This document shows, in pieces, positions 63,066 through 64,000 of a stretch of 64,000 nt of DNA. The position numbers were made by a program, and so were the translations under genes. Below the pieces are notes generated by a model. The model made no database searches. It was not told the origin of the DNA and worked only from the letters and a program-made list of their open reading frames with translations. Origin of the DNA: Haliotis rubra (lineage: Eukaryota); assembly GCF_003918875.1 (NCBI RefSeq), contig NW_025767603.1, forward strand, positions 186,001 to 250,000, in the 5' to 3' direction. The number at the start of each line of letters is the position of its first letter. Positions within the stretch are counted from its first letter, which is position 1.

Positions 63066-64000
63066 CCCTGGCTATGTACAGAGCATCATGATGTTCTAGT
63101 GTGCCCTGGCTATGTACAGAGTATGATGTTGTTCTGGTGTGCCCTGGCTATGTACAGAGTATCATGTTGTTCTGGTGTGCCCTGGCTATGTACAGAGTAT
63201 CATGTTGTTCTGGTGTGCCCTGGCTATGTACAGAGCATCATGATGTTCTGGTGTGCCCTGGCTATGTACAGAGTATGATGTTGTTCTGGTGTGCCCTGGC
63301 TGGTGTACAGAGTATCATCATGTTGTTCTGGTGTGCCCTGGCTGCTATGTACAGAGTGTACAGAGTATCATGTTGTTCTGGTGTGCCCTGGCTATGTACA
63401 GAGTATCATGTTGTTCTGGTGTGCCCTGGCTATGTACAGAGTATCATGGTGTTCTGGTGTGCCCTGGCTATTTACAGAGTATCATGTTGTTCTGGTGTGC
63501 CCTGGCTATGTACAGAGTATCATGTTGTTCTGGTGTGCCCTGGCTATGCACATAGTATCATGTTGTTCTGGTATGCCCTGGCTATGTACAGAGTATCATG
63601 TTGTTCTGGTGTGCCCTGGCTATGTACAGAGTATCATGTTGTTCTGGTGTGCCCTGGCTATGTACAGAGTATCATGTTGTTCTGGCATGCCCTGGCTATG
63701 TACAGAGTATCATGTTGTTCTGGTGTGCCCTGGCTATGTACAGAGTATCATGTTGTTCTGGTGTGCCCTGGCTATGTACAGAGTATCATGTTGTTCTGGT
63801 GTGCCCTGGCTATGTACAGAGTATCATGTTGTTCTGGTGTGCCCTGGCTATGTACAGAGTATCATGTTTATCTGGTGTGCCCTGGCTATGTACAGAGTAT
63901 CATGTTGTTCTGGTATGCCCTGGCTATGTACAGAGTATCATGTTGTTCTGGTATGCCCTGGCTATGTACAGAGTATCATGTTGTTCTGGCATGCCCTGGC
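63066..64000. repeat. 38-bp minisatellite running off the window end
   Basis: (gtgccctggctatgtacagagtatcatgttgttctggt)n. Confidence 0.97.

Overview
AT-rich, repeat-dense animal genomic DNA. The SINE and HINE repeat families suggest a mollusc, probably a gastropod such as abalone, but this is inference. One large + strand gene spans almost the whole window. Its exons can be chained by splice phase into a CARD9/CARD11-type CARD-coiled-coil protein: a CARD (17683-17869, 18846-18974), a long coiled coil (32924-50015) and a Ser/Pro-rich linker (51165-62417) that probably continues beyond the window. The introns hold a full-length but frameshifted DIRS tyrosine-recombinase retrotransposon with ~580-bp inverted terminal repeats (39798-45982), an inverted truncated relative (15520-17613), a decayed LINE, SINEs, MULE/piggyBac/hAT/Tc1/Helentron-type non-autonomous elements and many minisatellites. 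The most unusual features are two tandem arrays built from the gene's own splice sites, one of which could supply in-frame 11-aa cassette exons. In addition, two inverted DIRS ends sit ~65-70 nt outside a phase-0/phase-0, 825-nt exon block containing the CARD, a geometry that favours circRNA formation or CARD skipping. Most long ORFs in the supplied track are artefacts of tandem repeats.
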